Assembly: GCF_964188315.1 (NCBI RefSeq)
Contig: NC_135664.1
Location: forward strand, 52,204,001-52,268,000
Direction: 5' to 3'
Length of the DNA: 64,000 nucleotides
Source of the DNA: Podarcis muralis
Lineage: Eukaryota
The notes below the pieces were generated by a model. It saw only the letters and a list, made by a program, of their open reading frames with translations, ran no database searches and was not told the origin of the DNA. Below, piece by piece: positions 40,393-52,730 of this stretch (its first letter is position 1; every line of letters begins with the position of its first letter). The position numbers and the translations under genes are program-made.

Positions 40393-42005
40393 TAGTCCAA
40401 CAACATCTGGAACACTGCAGGAGGTTACCCATCCTTGAAATAAATAAAAGACGGCGGGGTCCAAGTTTCTAAAATTCAATTCATACAATAAAACCTATAG
40501 CGGGCTAATACAATTCAGCATAGAAAAGGGTGCTGTAACTTCAATTCTATACTAAAGCTCAGGTCATAGAAGCTTGCCTGAAGCGTAAGAGAGAGCTTAA
40601 TATACCCCTTCTAATTCATGCAGCAATACGGATGGCAGCAAAATCAGTAATAAAAGACTCACCATTGCTTTTTGCAGAGAGCATGGGGTGTGTGGAGACA
40701 CACCCTTTGGCAGTAATTCAATCCAACCATAGTTATTATCTTTTTAAGGTATCCTAAGCAGTCAAGCAGAAGCCCCCGCCCCCCCCCCAAAAAATCAAAA
40801 CTAAAACATGAAAGGCTTCTTTCTTGTGAAAACTTGCATCAGAGCACAGTAAAACTTGAAAAACGGCTACAGAGGAACAAGTACTACTTCACTGGTTTGT
40901 AAGAAGATAAAAAGAGATAAGAACAATAAAGCAGAAATGTCTTAAACAGAACTCCATCTGAATTATAAATGTTGTACAGGCAGAGTCTCAGAAATGGCTT
41001 CATGCGAGCAGGAAAGGGTCAAAGCCAATACGAGAAAAGACTCAACGGATAAGGAGGACTAGTATCAGCAGTTTCAAATTCCACACAGTATTATGAAATT
41101 GATCGGCCATGCTGGTTAGGCCACCTGATTGTCGTTGGAAAATAGATAGTGGGATTTAAAATAAAAACAGATAATTAATGGACCTAACTTAATCATGTTC
41201 ATTAATATCAGTGGGTCTATTCTGAAGAAAAATGTGGTTGACTACCAGCCAGTTTCTCCTTCCTTTTGGGGCAAAGGGGAAAAAAATATAGCAATTAATG
41301 GCCACTTTTGACACACAGTTACACCTGCTGAGAAGAAAGCATGAAATACGTGCCCAGTAAAAAGAACACTGTGACTTTCCCACATAAAGAATCCCTGCAG
41401 GGTTCAGTCTTTCATGAAACCACTTGCCTCCTACCTGATCATGCAAGGCAGAAACATTTTATAAATCAGAGGAACGAAAGAGGTGTGCCGTTTATGTGTT
41501 AATGCTGCTGAGAGAGTTCTTTGAAATAAAATACCCCTATTTGACATCTTGTGGTGCTGAGATGTCCTGCTGTGAGAGAATTTTTCCTTAGTATATATTC
41601 TGTACTGGAGCTGTTAGATGGCCCTTACAGTATTTGGAAATAGGTACTTCCTGTCAGATTTTAGGATATCACAGCCCAACGCAACAGGTTTCTTACGACT
41701 GCAATTCCTTGGAAGCTCTTTAAGAGATTTTTCAGTGGGAAAATAAATAACAATCAAGCAGTATATACATTTTATGGAAGAAATTCAATGAAATAAAATG
41801 CAAAAGATGAGGAACTCGGTGGGCAAAACGAAGCAGAACCATTTTTACAATGGTACAATGATTCTTCCATAAAATGACCGGGTCGCACACATCAGGGAAA
41901 GCCTTATTAAAGAAAAATTCCGATAACCACCTAAATATAAAAATGCAGGGCACTTCTCTAATTTCTGGGATTGTTAAGTTGTTCTGAACTGTTTTTAATA
42001 CTGTA

Positions 42006-42008
42006 TAT

Positions 42009-42046
<38 letters not shown>
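42006..42046. repeat. (TTTA)n SINE-tail microsatellite
   Basis: Direct reading; abuts a Squam3-like SINE. Confidence 0.85.
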
Positions 42047-42048
<2 letters not shown>

Positions 42049-42145
42049 TCAAACTTATATACCACTTTTTTATTCCAAGGAGCTCAAGGTGGTGTACCTG
42101 GTTCTCCTCCTTCCCATTTCATCCTCACTACAAACTTGTGAGGTG

Positions 42146-42418
42146 TTGTTGTTTAGTCCTTTAGTTGTGTCCGACTCTTCGTGACCCCATGGACCAGAGC
42201 ACGCCAGGCACTCCTGTCTTCCACTTCCTCCCGCAGTTTGGTCAAACTCATGCTGGTAGCTTCGAGAACACTATCCAACCATCTCATCCTCTGTTGTCCC
42301 CTTCTCCTTGTGCCCTCCATCTTTCCCAACATCAGGGTCTTTTCCAGGGAGTCTTCTCTTCTCATGAGGTGGCCAAAGTATTGGAGCCTCAGCTTCAGGA
42401 TCTGTCCTTCCAGTGAGC
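42146..42418 (-). mobile_element. BovB (RTE) LINE 3' end
   Basis: RREDSLEKTLMLGKMEG...WLDSV...WRALVHGVTKSRTQL* and (AAC)n tail; 13-bp TSD AACT(T/G)GTGAGGTG. Confidence 0.88.
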
Positions 42419-42892
42419 AACTGGTGAGGTGGGTTAGGCTAAAAGATGGTGCTGGCCCAAGTCCTGGTCCAACACTCTAACCATTACACCACACTGCCTC
42501 TTTTTGAATGTTGTAGCCCACCCTGAGAGAGAAGGATGGGGAAATACAATGATTTCCATTGGCAACTGATTCAACACCTGTGAAGGCAGTGCACCCTGAA
42601 AGGCGGCTTAAGATCTTCAAAATAAGCTAACAAGATCACCTAGTGAATGCACACCAAAGGCAAGGATTTGAACCAGGTAGATCTGGATTCAGGTTCAGTC
42701 TCTCACCCACCAGATTTAGGGATTGAGGGGAGCACAACCAGTCTGGTTGCACTCAGGGCCACAGCAACTATGATGGAGAATGGAAGATGAGAGGCTGGAG
42801 GCGCCAAATGTTAGAATTGCATAAGGTGCTGCTGAAATGTGAGACCCCAAAGCCAACCGCTGGACCCACCAGTGTATCTTCACTATTCTTAC

Positions 42893-43080
42893 GACACATA
42901 GGAAGCTACCTTAGACCTAGTCAGCCCACTGGTCCCCTTAGCTCAGTACTGTCTACCGGCAGCAGCTTTCCAGGGTGCCAGACAGGGAACATTCCCAGCC
43001 CTCCCTGGAGATGCTTGGGTTTGAACCTGAGACCTTCTGCATGCAAAGCAGGTGCTCTGCCGCTCAGCTACGGCCCCTCC
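42893..43080 (-). mobile_element. Squam2-like tRNA-derived SINE
   Basis: Head GGGGCCGTAGCTGAGCGGCAGAGCACCTGCTTTGCATGCAGAAGGTCTCAGGTTCAAACCC and CTTCCTATG tail; related copies at 26080-26225, 44570-44740 and 46089-46470. Confidence 0.7.
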
Positions 43081-43422
43081 CTTCTCGTGGCTGCTGGAAA
43101 ACCATCTACCTGTTGAATTTCTGCCTGTTCCCAGGCGAAAAATACAGGGTGCGGGAGGAAGAAAAAGGGGGACTTCTCCCCCAAACCTAAGCGCATGGTC
43201 CCTCCTGCTTTGAAGGTACATCTCCCACCAGGGAGGCCTCTTTTTGTTTTGTTGGGTGGGGGGGCGTTTTGTTTCAAATTTGAGGGCGAGGGGAAGCCAA
43301 GCAGCCAGGCGGGCCCCCGCCTCTCCACTGCTGGCGCGGCGGAGCTGCTGGCGCGCCTCCCATTTGCGCGCCCCCGCGGAGCTCGCTTCTGGCTGGCCGG
43401 CGGCCAAAGGCGGCTTGCTTGG

Positions 43423-43431
43423 GTTGCATCA
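43423..43431 (-). promoter_or_regulatory. C/EBP-ATF (ATF4) response element candidate
   Basis: GTTGCATCA = TGATGCAAC on the minus strand (consensus TGATGCAAH), ~157 bp upstream of the ALDH1L2 ATG. Confidence 0.6.
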
Positions 43432-43587
43432 GACTAGACGCTGCCGCCGCTGCTTGCTGGGTACCAAAAGCTGGACAAGCGATCTCCTAGAATTTCATTT
43501 CTCTCTCTCTCCGCTGGCCAAGAAATGGTTCGCTCTTGAAGCTGCTCCCATTATAATTATTCTGGACCGGCTCTCTCAGGCGCAGCG

Positions 43588-43638
43588 ATGCTCTCCAAAG
43601 CCAACCACTTGCTCAGGAAATTTTCCTCCACCGCCACG
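43588..43638 (+). CDS. ALDH1L2: ALDH1L2 exon 1 (51 nt; putative mitochondrial presequence)
   Basis: MLSKANHLLRKFSSTAT; donor G|GTGAGT; phase 0 fits exon 2; in CpG island. Confidence 0.85.
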
Positions 43639-44133
43639 GTGAGTATAGAAAAACTGAACTGCAGGACCAGATAGGAAGGATGCTGTCGTCGCTGCCTCCT
43701 TCCACCCCCCCGGGAAGGGAAAGAGGCTTTTTTCCCAAGAGGTGTCCCTTGCGCTTTGATGGTTCTTGCAAGGATTTGGGCGCGTTTTGGTTCAGGAGGC
43801 AGCAAATGAGATGGGAAAGGGTTGGAGGGGAGGGGAGGGAGGCCACTGGGCCTTTCATAATGTGAACGGACAATTTGAAAACACACACCAAAAAAAACCA
43901 AACTTGTCAGAGGAATTTGGGCACTGGTGATAGTAGTGAAAAGTGACATATTGTGTGGAATGCTCTTAAAGGTAAGGTTTTTATTCCCTAAAAAATAATA
44001 ATCACAGCACCATGGATGGTAAAGATATTCACCTGTGGGGGCGGGGGGAAACCTCTCCCCCACAACGGGATCGTCAGTACAAGTTTGGTGTTGTGTTACC
44101 CTGCTTGTGGAAAGGTTGTGCTTTGAGTCTTTC

Positions 44134-44166
<33 letters not shown>

Positions 44167-44170
44167 CGCG
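44134..44170. repeat. (GT)n(GC)n microsatellite
   Basis: Direct reading. Confidence 0.9.
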
Positions 44171-45266
44171 CATGCACTTGCTCCCTTCCCTTTCTTATGG
44201 GCCCATCTTCATTCCCAAGATTGCATTTGGCTGCACTTGTTGCATCTTATGCCCCCAAACCCCAGGGAAATACAACGTTCTCACTCAAGGGTGGCACGTT
44301 TATGTCATCAAAGACTATAATTGTGTCACGCCTGCTGTCTTCTTCCAAAAAAAAAAACCAAAAACCTAAAGGCAGCTTTCACAGAGCTATAACAGGATAA
44401 TTTTTAAAAACAACCCTGCATAGTAAACTGGACTGAGATATAGGTCAAGGTCACCCACCAGGCTTCACAGCCAAGCAGGGATTGGAACCCAAGTCTTCCA
44501 GGAACCAGGTCTCCAACATTATACCAGAATTGTAGATAAGCTCCCCCAAGTTGCCAGCCTGTAACTAGAGACACAAGAAGCTGCCTTATACCAGTTCAGA
44601 TTGTTGGTCCATCTAGCTACACTGACAGGCAGGCGCGCTCTGGGATTCCAGACAGAGGACATTCCTAGCCTTACCTGGAAATGTTGGGGACTGAACCTGA
44701 GACCTTATGCATGCAAAGCAGTTGAGCTATGGCCCTTCCTTAATAATGAATTAGCTTCTTCAGGATTGGCAGAAGAGCTGTCATTCTTCTGGGCATGGAT
44801 GAGGGGATTTCCTTCCTCTAGCAATCTCCATGGTTTCTAGGCACTCCATCCCTCCTATGCTTGCTCACCTGCATGGAACCCCAGGCACTCCAGGCATGCA
44901 TTTCTTAGCCAGGTATGCTATTTCTGCAAACCTAGAGACAAGGCGGCTGCTTTGGTGATTTCTGGGTTTGAACGTGATTACAAGAGTGCCATGGATATTT
45001 GTGGACCACTGCGATATTCTCTGGCGGATTGAGTGGACAAGACCAATAGTAGGTCCAACGGTCAAGTATGCGGTTTCTGCACGTGCTGGAAGTGGGGGGG
45101 GGGCAGATGGAGCACCCCAAATTATACCTGCACCTGCACCATTATAGCAACATCTGTTTTCTGGAGGCAGGAGATCTGCTGTTGTCACTGAAAGGTCCAT
45201 TTTAGAAATATGGTTGAAATGCACTTGTGGTAGGATTTCAGGTAGAGGGGGCAAAGGGGCCCTTTA

Positions 45267-45609
45267 AAGGTAAAGGGACCCCTGACCATTAGGTCCAGTC
45301 GTGACCGACTCTGGGGTTGCGGCGCTCATCTCGCTTTATTGGCCAAGGGAGCCGGCGTACAGCTTCCGGGTCATGTGGCCAGCATGACTAAGCCGCTTCT
45401 GGCGAACCAGAGCAGTGCACGGAAACGCCGTTTACCTTCCTGCCGGAGTGGTACCTATTTATCTGCTTGCAATTTTAAGTGCTTTTGAACTGCTAGGTGG
45501 GCAGGAGCTGGGACCGAGCAACGGGAGCTCACCCCGTCGTGCGGATTTGACCTTCTGATTGGCAAGTCCTAGGCTCTGTGGTTTAACCCACAGTGCCACC
45601 CAAGTCCCT
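45267..45609 (-). mobile_element. Sauria SINE, type B
   Basis: 15-bp TSD CAAAGGGGCCCTTTA. Confidence 0.88.
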
Positions 45610-46088
45610 CAAAGGGGCCCTTTAGTTCCTCCTTAAAAATGTGTGTGAATGTAAGGGAGGCATTCCAGTCTCGACAGTGAAATTCGCAGGCTCTGCCAGC
45701 TAACTGCTGCTTTTCAGAAACCTGGATGGTACACTGTGTTTGACAACACTGTCTGGTGCAGCGTCAGCAGTAGTTTGAATGGAGAGGGGGAACTGTGTCA
45801 AGGGATTGCTATAGGAAGAAGGCTTAAGCCGAGCAGCTTGGATTGCATCAGCAATGCTAAATATGAGAACGAATGGCTGACGACAGCACATTGCATATGG
45901 ATGGGGAGGGGCTTTGCTTTAGGTTGCCACAAGAAGTTTCTTTGCTGGAAAAGGAGCCCACCATAGAAACAGAAAGGAATCCTGTTGCTTTTTTTATATG
46001 ACGAATTAGCTACAGAGATACCTCCTGGAGCAGCTATTTTAGTGCCCAGCTATGCATTGCTAGGAACTGAAAATCATCCAAGGAAAAT

Positions 46089-46470
46089 GCCATAGCTCAG
46101 AAGTAGAGCATCTGCTTTCCCAGGGCCCCTGCTTCCATCCTTACCAGGAGGTCTGGGAGAGACTCCTGCCTGAAACCTGGAGAGCAACTGCCATTCACTT
46201 TAGATAATACTGAGCTAGATGAATGCCGTGGTCTGCAGGGGTGGGCTTCGGTCTTCCAAATTTCAGCAGCACCCTGTGCAAGGTCAAAAATCACCCCCAC
46301 TGCCACCTCTTACCTTCTGTTGTGCTCAATTCACTATGTCAGAGTTGCAGTGCACCCGCCCACCCCACACCCCTGCTTGGCGCCCAGGGCAGCAGCACCA
46401 GTCATGGTGCCCTAAATCTGCCTCTATGGTCTGATTCTGTAGAAGGCAGCTTCCTATGTTCCTATGTTCC
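46089..46470 (+). mobile_element. Squam2-like SINE with ~190-bp hAT-like insert (46236-46426)
   Basis: GCCATAGCTCAG..GTAGAGCATCTGCTTT head, (TTCCTATG)n tail; insert flanked by TGGTCTG duplication and ending CCTAAATCTGCCTCTA. Confidence 0.6.
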
Positions 46471-46684
46471 CCCAAAGAGCTGCTAGATAGGATGTGGGGC
46501 TGTCATGTGCAAACTTATCCATCAAACTTATCCTACCCCTGGACAAGGTGACCAAGCACACATGATGTGCACATTTCCTCTTATGATGAATTGCTATCCT
46601 TGTCCGTCGGACAACTTAACTGAGCAAGAAGCAATACAAGATTTACAGAAGAACAAGCTAACTCTTCAGGTCTTTTGTTGACAG

Positions 46685-46829
46685 GCTTATTACCAAAATA
46701 AACTAAAGCTAGCTTTGATAGGCCAGAGCCTTTTTGGGCAAGAGGTCTACAAGCACTTGCAAAAGGAAGGCCACAAAGTTGTGGGAGTGTTCACAGTACC
46801 AGACAAAAATGGAAAGGCCGACCCTTTGG
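46685..46829 (+). CDS. ALDH1L2: ALDH1L2 exon 2 (145 nt)
   Basis: [48 protein letters not shown]+1; AG/GTAAGT. Confidence 0.95.
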
Positions 46830-47111
46830 GTAAGTACTCCACCTTTTTTGTGTGACTATCATTTTTTATAACAGGAACAATGCAGTGACCCATGCTCATT
46901 TTGCTTTCTGTGTGCTGAGATGTGTTGCTGCTGGGTTTGTTGTGAAGCAGCCATTCAATTTCTTCACCAAACACACAGCTGTTTTGCCCTGTGCTGAGCT
47001 GAACAAATTCAATCACAGGCTGTATCATTAGACGCCAAAATATAGCACTATTCAAGCACTTCCCGCACCACTCCAATATTGTTGTAAGATCTGAAGCATT
47101 CGTAGGAAGAC

Positions 47112-48300
47112 ATAATAATAATCATAATCATAATCATAATTTATTTATACTCTACCCATCTGGCTGGGTTTTCCCAGCCACTCTGAGCAGCTCCCAACAG
47201 AATATTAAAAGCACAATAAAACATCAAACATTAAAAAATTCCCTTAACAGGGCTGCCTTCAGATATCTTCAAAAAGTCAGATAGTTATTTATTTCCTTGA
47301 CATCTGATGGGAGGGCATTCCACAGTGTAGGTGCCACTACTGAGAAGGCCCTCTCAGGGGCAGAGGAAGCAGGGTGGAGTGGGGCAGGCCGCCCCAGGTG
47401 TCACCACTGAGGGGGTGTGTGACAAAATGCCGGGCGGCGCTCACCACGGGGCCTGCAGCGCACCTGAGCCATGCATCTCTCCGGGGAGAGATGTAGTGGC
47501 TTTGGCACATGCAGGCTCCGCGCTGCCCAAATGGTCCGCCCACTGCCTCCCCCCAGCCGTAGGGTGGCTGAGTGGAAGGAGGCAGACAGGCAGACTACTC
47601 AGAGGCCCCGCGGAGTGTCCTGCCCCAGCTGGCCCCGCCCCAGGTGCCCGATCAGTTCACTCTGCCGCTGGGCCCTCTGCCTGGTTCCCTATAACCTCAC
47701 TTCTCTCAGGGAGGGAACCACCAGAAGGCCCTCAGAGCTGGACCTCAGTGTCCGGACTGAACAATGGGGGTGGAGATGCTCCTTCAGGTATACTGGGCCA
47801 AGGCTGTTTAGGGCTTTAAAGATGAGCACCAACACTTTGAATTGTGCTTGGAAACGTACTGGGAGCCAATGTAGGTCTTTCAGGACCGGTATTATATGGT
47901 CTCAGCAGCCACTCCCAGTCACCAGTCTAACTGCCACATTCTGGATTAGTTGCATTTTCTGGGTCACCTTCAAAGGTAGCCCCACGTAGAGCGCATTGCA
48001 GAAGCCCAAGCAAGAGATAACCAGAGCATGCACCACTCTGGTGAGACAGTCCATTGCCAGGTAGGGTCTCAGCCTGCATACCAGACAGCTGCCCTGGACA
48101 AAGAATTGACCTGTGCCTCCATGGACAGCTGTGAGTCCAAAATGACTCCCAGGCTGCGCACCTTCTCCTTCAGGGGCGCAGTTGCCCCATTCAGGACCAG
48201 GGAGTCCTCCACACCTGCCTGCCCCTGTCCCCAAAAATAGTGCTTCTATCTTGTCAGGATTCAACCTCAATCTGCTAGCCGCCACCCATCCTCCAACAGC
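47112..48300 (-). mobile_element. Degraded L2 copy of the same family (interrupted by a hAT MITE)
   Basis: Collinear with 26461-27340, with deletions and frameshifts; TAA/CATAAT tail. Confidence 0.88.
47355..47670. mobile_element. Non-autonomous hAT element nested in L2
   Basis: TIR CAGGGGCAGAG / CAGCGGCAGAG (10/11); perfect 8-bp TSD GGCCCTCT. Confidence 0.85.
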
Positions 48301-48599
48301 CTACAATGTCTTGTCTTCTCCCACAAGGATTGCTCAAGTAAAGAGAAAACACATCACTGAAAGTGGATGTAAATTTGCACAATATGTACACCTGCTAATT
48401 TATACTTATAGATGCACATTTAGAAATAATGCCTATGATTAAATAAAAAATACAGTCCATCTCACCATCTTGAGATGGTGCCTACCCAGCTTGCTGTCCA
48501 AGTGCTAACTCTGGATAGGCAACTTCAAGAAAGTCTGTTAAACCGAGAACTGTTGTCCATAAAATAGGACACACAGGCCTAAATCATACATGGTCTAGA

Positions 48600-48951
48600 T
48601 CAGGAGTGAGGAACCTTTTCAGCCCAGTGGCCTGGATCCTTAATTTTCCCCACTTTGATAAGTGGGTGGGGCTTCCCACCTATCGAGCACCTAGCCGCAG
48701 CATGGTGTCAGGAAACCGATTTTTCTTTTCCATCATGCCTTGACTTCAAGCTGCGCTGCAAAGAAAGTTCCTAGCCCATCACCTTGGGGCTGAAGTCACT
48801 GGTAGTCAGTGGATAAAATTCCCAATTGGAAACTTTGGGGTGTAGCCAATCCCAGCGGGACTTGAAGTCAGGTGGGATGGGTCAGGTGGCTTGGGGGAAA
48901 CTGCTTTGTGGGCCAAATTAGAAGCTCTTCCAGGAAGTTCTGCATACCTGG
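48600..48951. mobile_element. Old hAT/Charlie-like non-autonomous element
   Basis: CAGGAGTGAGGAAC...GTTCTGCATACCTG imperfect termini; left flank GTCTAGAT. Confidence 0.45.
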
Positions 48952-49087
48952 TTTACACCTGGCTGGCTCCAACTGCTAAAGCAGGGTGAGAAGGGGGCTT
49001 GATTTGTCCTTACATATTTTACCTATCTATGTCAGTTTTTCAGTCACCAAGAATATTTGCAAGTGGTCTTTTCCCCTTATTTGCCAG

Positions 49088-49322
49088 CATCAGCTGCAGA
49101 AAAGGATGGAACCCCTGTCTTTAAGTTCCCAAGGTGGAGAGTTAAGGGCAAGCCAATCGAGGAAGTTATCGAAGCCTACAAATCAGTTGGAGCAGAGCTG
49201 AACGTCCTTCCGTACTGCACACAGTTCATTCCCATGGATGTTATTGACAGTCCGAAGCATGGTTCCATTATTTACCATCCATCGATCCTTCCCCGTCATA
49301 GAGGTGCTTCTGCAATCAACTG
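49088..49322 (+). CDS. ALDH1L2: ALDH1L2 exon 3 (235 nt)
   Basis: (A)[20 protein letters not shown]...[17 protein letters not shown]+2; AG/GTGAGT. Confidence 0.95.
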
Positions 49323-49665
49323 GTGAGTAGGCTTGATGAAAGCCTAGCTGAGCATCCATTTGCATGGGAGGTGGCAAGGGTGGGAGGCTGAAGGATGAAG
49401 AGGGAGCAGGCAAGGAGTGGCCATCTACCCACTATAGAACAGGGAAGGGCAACTGGTGGCCTTCCAGATGTGCTTGGACTCCAGTGCCCATCAGTTTCAG
49501 CCAGACTGGCTTAAGATCAGGAAAGATGGGAGGGTTTTTTAAAAGACTCTTCCAAAGTTTGCAAGGCAATCTATGTACCTGTCTCATAGCTGCAAAGAAT
49601 GAAATGATATTGCTTTATCAAGACATTTTGATCTCATTCATACCTCACTTTTTGCTTACATTCAG

Positions 49666-49831
49666 GACTTTAATCCAAGGGGATAAGAAGGCTGGCTTCA
49701 CCATTTTCTGGGCCGATGATGGTCTGGACACAGGGCCGATTCTCCTACAGAGGGAATGTGATGTTGCCCCAAATGATACTGTTGATGACCTGTACAATCG
49801 GTTTCTTTTCCCAGAAGGAATAAAAGCTATG
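49666..49831 (+). CDS. ALDH1L2: ALDH1L2 exon 4 (166 nt)
   Basis: (W)[31 protein letters not shown]...FPEGIKAM; AG/GT. Confidence 0.95.
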
Positions 49832-50919
49832 GTAAGACAATCTGAGCTAAAAAGCCATGTCGCTGGGCGCTTCAAAAATCAGAGTTTCGGTCAGGAGAAG
49901 AATATGGCACAAACTGTCAGACAGATATTTGGTAATAATACTACTTGGTGTTTAGTTAGCAGTTTTCTAACAGCTCAAAAATCTTCACATATATTATTAT
50001 TTGTTGCATTTATATCCCACCTTTTTCTCCAAGGAGCTCCATGTGGTGTACATGGTTCTCCCCGCTCCTCATTCAATCCCCATAACAACCCTGTGAGGTA
50101 GATTAGGCTGAGAGGCAGTGACTGGCCTGAGGTCACCCGGTAAGTGTCAATGTCAATGTTTATTATTACGGCAAACAGCCAGCATACTAAAACCAGAATT
50201 TCTGCATGATTCTTTACATAAACAATAAAAACAACCAGTGTGGGGATTTGAACCCTCGTCTCACAGGTCCTCTTCTGACACTCTAACCACTACACATTAC
50301 CAGAATAATCTAGTGAAGCAGACCAATATTATTGTATTTCTGTTATGGTCATGGGGCTGAGGCCTATCCAGGAAGTTACTGAATATTTAACTGAATATAA
50401 TAAAATGAAGGTTATTTTAGGGTTGAATTTAGAACTTCATAGGGCACTTCCAGACCTATTTACCGCGAATTCATCCTGGTTTGGTTTCGTTTTTGCATGG
50501 AAATTAGGCAGTGTTGGCTGCTTAATGAGCTTTCATTCCAATTTATTTGTGCGGACGTTAGATGCTGTGTCAAAGAAAGTGCTACCGCACACTTCCCATT
50601 CACTTTCTTTATCACAAAAAAAAAAAAAAAATCCTCAGGAAGCATGTTTTTGTGGAAGACTTCCTAATAAACTATAACTACACAACCTGAATTTGCTGGT
50701 ATGTAATTAAATCCTGTCTGAGAACAGTGTGGAAGTGCCTATAGTTCAGATGTACTGAGGCAATACATGGCAACAAATACTACCAATAAAATGCTACTGA
50801 TATGCTGATCCCTCGATAGGATTTTCAAGCAGCTATCACACATGCTTGAATTGGTCCTTTAAATAGCTGTAAAAATGATTCCTAGAGCAATCAAAACTGT
50901 GTTGTTGTTTTTTGTTTAG

Positions 50920-51021
50920 GTAGAAGCTGTACAGTTAATTGCTGACGGTAAAGCTCCTCATATAACTCAGCCTGAAGAAGGGGCAACGTATGAAGGCATT
51001 CAGAAGAAAGAAAATGCAGAG
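50920..51021 (+). CDS. ALDH1L2: ALDH1L2 exon 5 (102 nt)
   Basis: [34 protein letters not shown]; AG/GT. Confidence 0.95.
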
Positions 51022-52730
51022 GTAGTGTTGGCAACAGTGTGCTTGTGGCCCAAGGTGTGGCTGTGGTTTACGATATAATGGCTGTATTTGAGCATGATGC
51101 TAAACCATGGTTTAGCTTTGCATAACATGAATGGGATTCTGCAATCTCCCTCTCCTCTTAAAGCAAGGAGTTGGGAGCTTTTGCTTTAGTTTGTTAGCTT
51201 TGTCCAAACTGGGAATCATTAACTATGATTAGTTTCAAAACAAGATAACTTGAAACGGTGGTTTGTAAAGCTGGTTCATTTAAACTGAACATAGTTAGTG
51301 TAAAATAAAGTTCCCCATTCAGACAAAATGACAAACTGTGTTTAACTAAAAGCAAAAGGTAAAGCTTCCAAACTCCTCCTTCTCAGACACGCAGGAGAAG
51401 GAGATAGCAGGGATTGCACAAGCCCTGGTGGAGGTCAGGCCTATTCACTTCACACTAAACCATGGTTTGCCATTACATTCAAATGCAGCCAATGATAAAA
51501 GACAAAAGTGTCAGTTGTAAGTTTGCCACTAATGTTCATCCCTGTAGAATGTATTTATTTACGAAATGAATTGGAACACCTCACGTACTGGTGAGCACAA
51601 ATCAATGTGCAATTTAGACTAAAACACCATGGTATGTAAGAAATCTATAAAGCTATTACTTGAAAAACTAGAAGAATGTTCTGGATCTTCCTCTGTGCTA
51701 AATTTGGCACATTCTACATACATTTCAGAAACACTCAGAATGTTCCTCTTTCCATAACTAATTTATTCATTGAAATAACTATTAAATGGTAGTAGCCAAC
51801 ATCTGTAGGTAGACTACAATTCCCATCATCCCTGACCATTGGCCATGCAGGCTAGGGCTGATGGGAGTTGGAGTCCAACAACATTATAACTGGACTATAA
51901 CTTTATTCCACCCACACGTTTATTGCTGTGCTGACTGTGACTTCATCCCAAATCCCCCAGATTAATGTCAACAAGGAACCTTACTGCTCTTTGAATTCAG
52001 TCCCAATTGCTTTTAACAGGAAATGTCCATTAATCCATGATTTATCTTTTTCGATCCAGATTTGATTTTTAATTGTAGTAGGCCTATGTTATGACAGTCA
52101 TAAGACAGCTAACCTCCTCACCCTCTTTCGTGAATGAATTCCAAGAAAGTGCAACATGCCTCCACAGAAGACATTTATAATTAGAAACATCCTGACCTGC
52201 CTGGCATCTCCAGTGAGAGATCAATTTATATGGAACAGCTGTTCTTCCCTTTAACTCAGCCTATTAAAAAAAAATTTAAAAAATCAACAGTTTTTCTTTT
52301 TTATGGAATACCTGTTCTGGAAAAAAAGGTTTCTGTGTCATTATTAATGCAAGGATCATAACGCACTGCTTGGAAGAATATAAGCGGTTACAGATGAACT
52401 ATTGAAAACCACCACACACACAAAACTAAATTCATGTCAGTTCCTTAGAACAGGTTAACATGTGGCCCTCCAGATGTTGTTGAGCTACAACTTGTATCAG
52501 CCCCAGGAACCATGACCAGCAGTCAAGAATGGCAAAAGTTATACCGTAGTTCAGCAACATCTAGAGTGCCACAGATCAGCCACTTCTGGTTTCCTTTACT
52601 TGTTTATACCAAGTAATGGACTAGGTAACAGAAGAAAAAGACAAGCAATTTTAACTGTACAGAAGTAGACCTCTTGACTAACAGTGCAATCCTACAGGAT
52701 TTTAGGCTAAGGTTCATTCCTAATAATAAT

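Larger units (their letters stand above)
43290..43640 (+). promoter_or_regulatory. ALDH1L2 CpG-island promoter
   Basis: CpG-rich patch (GCGCGGCGG, GCGCGCC runs) leading into exon 1. Confidence 0.75.

Noticed and set aside
40834-40841. Additional TTGCATCA ATF4-like 8-mers (also near 22696)
   Set aside because: Within chance expectation and not near a promoter.
44865-45254. 129-aa minus ORF ending at a strong donor (CAG|GTGAGC at 44869) and a strong minus-strand acceptor at 36360
   Set aside because: Joining them gives an immediate stop, the phase does not fit WASHC4 exon 2, and the peptides resemble nothing known; at most a lncRNA, which is unsupported without RNA data.
49364-50101. 245-aa plus-strand ORF
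   Set aside because: Only 49666-49831 is ALDH1L2 exon 4; the rest is intron and SINE read-through.
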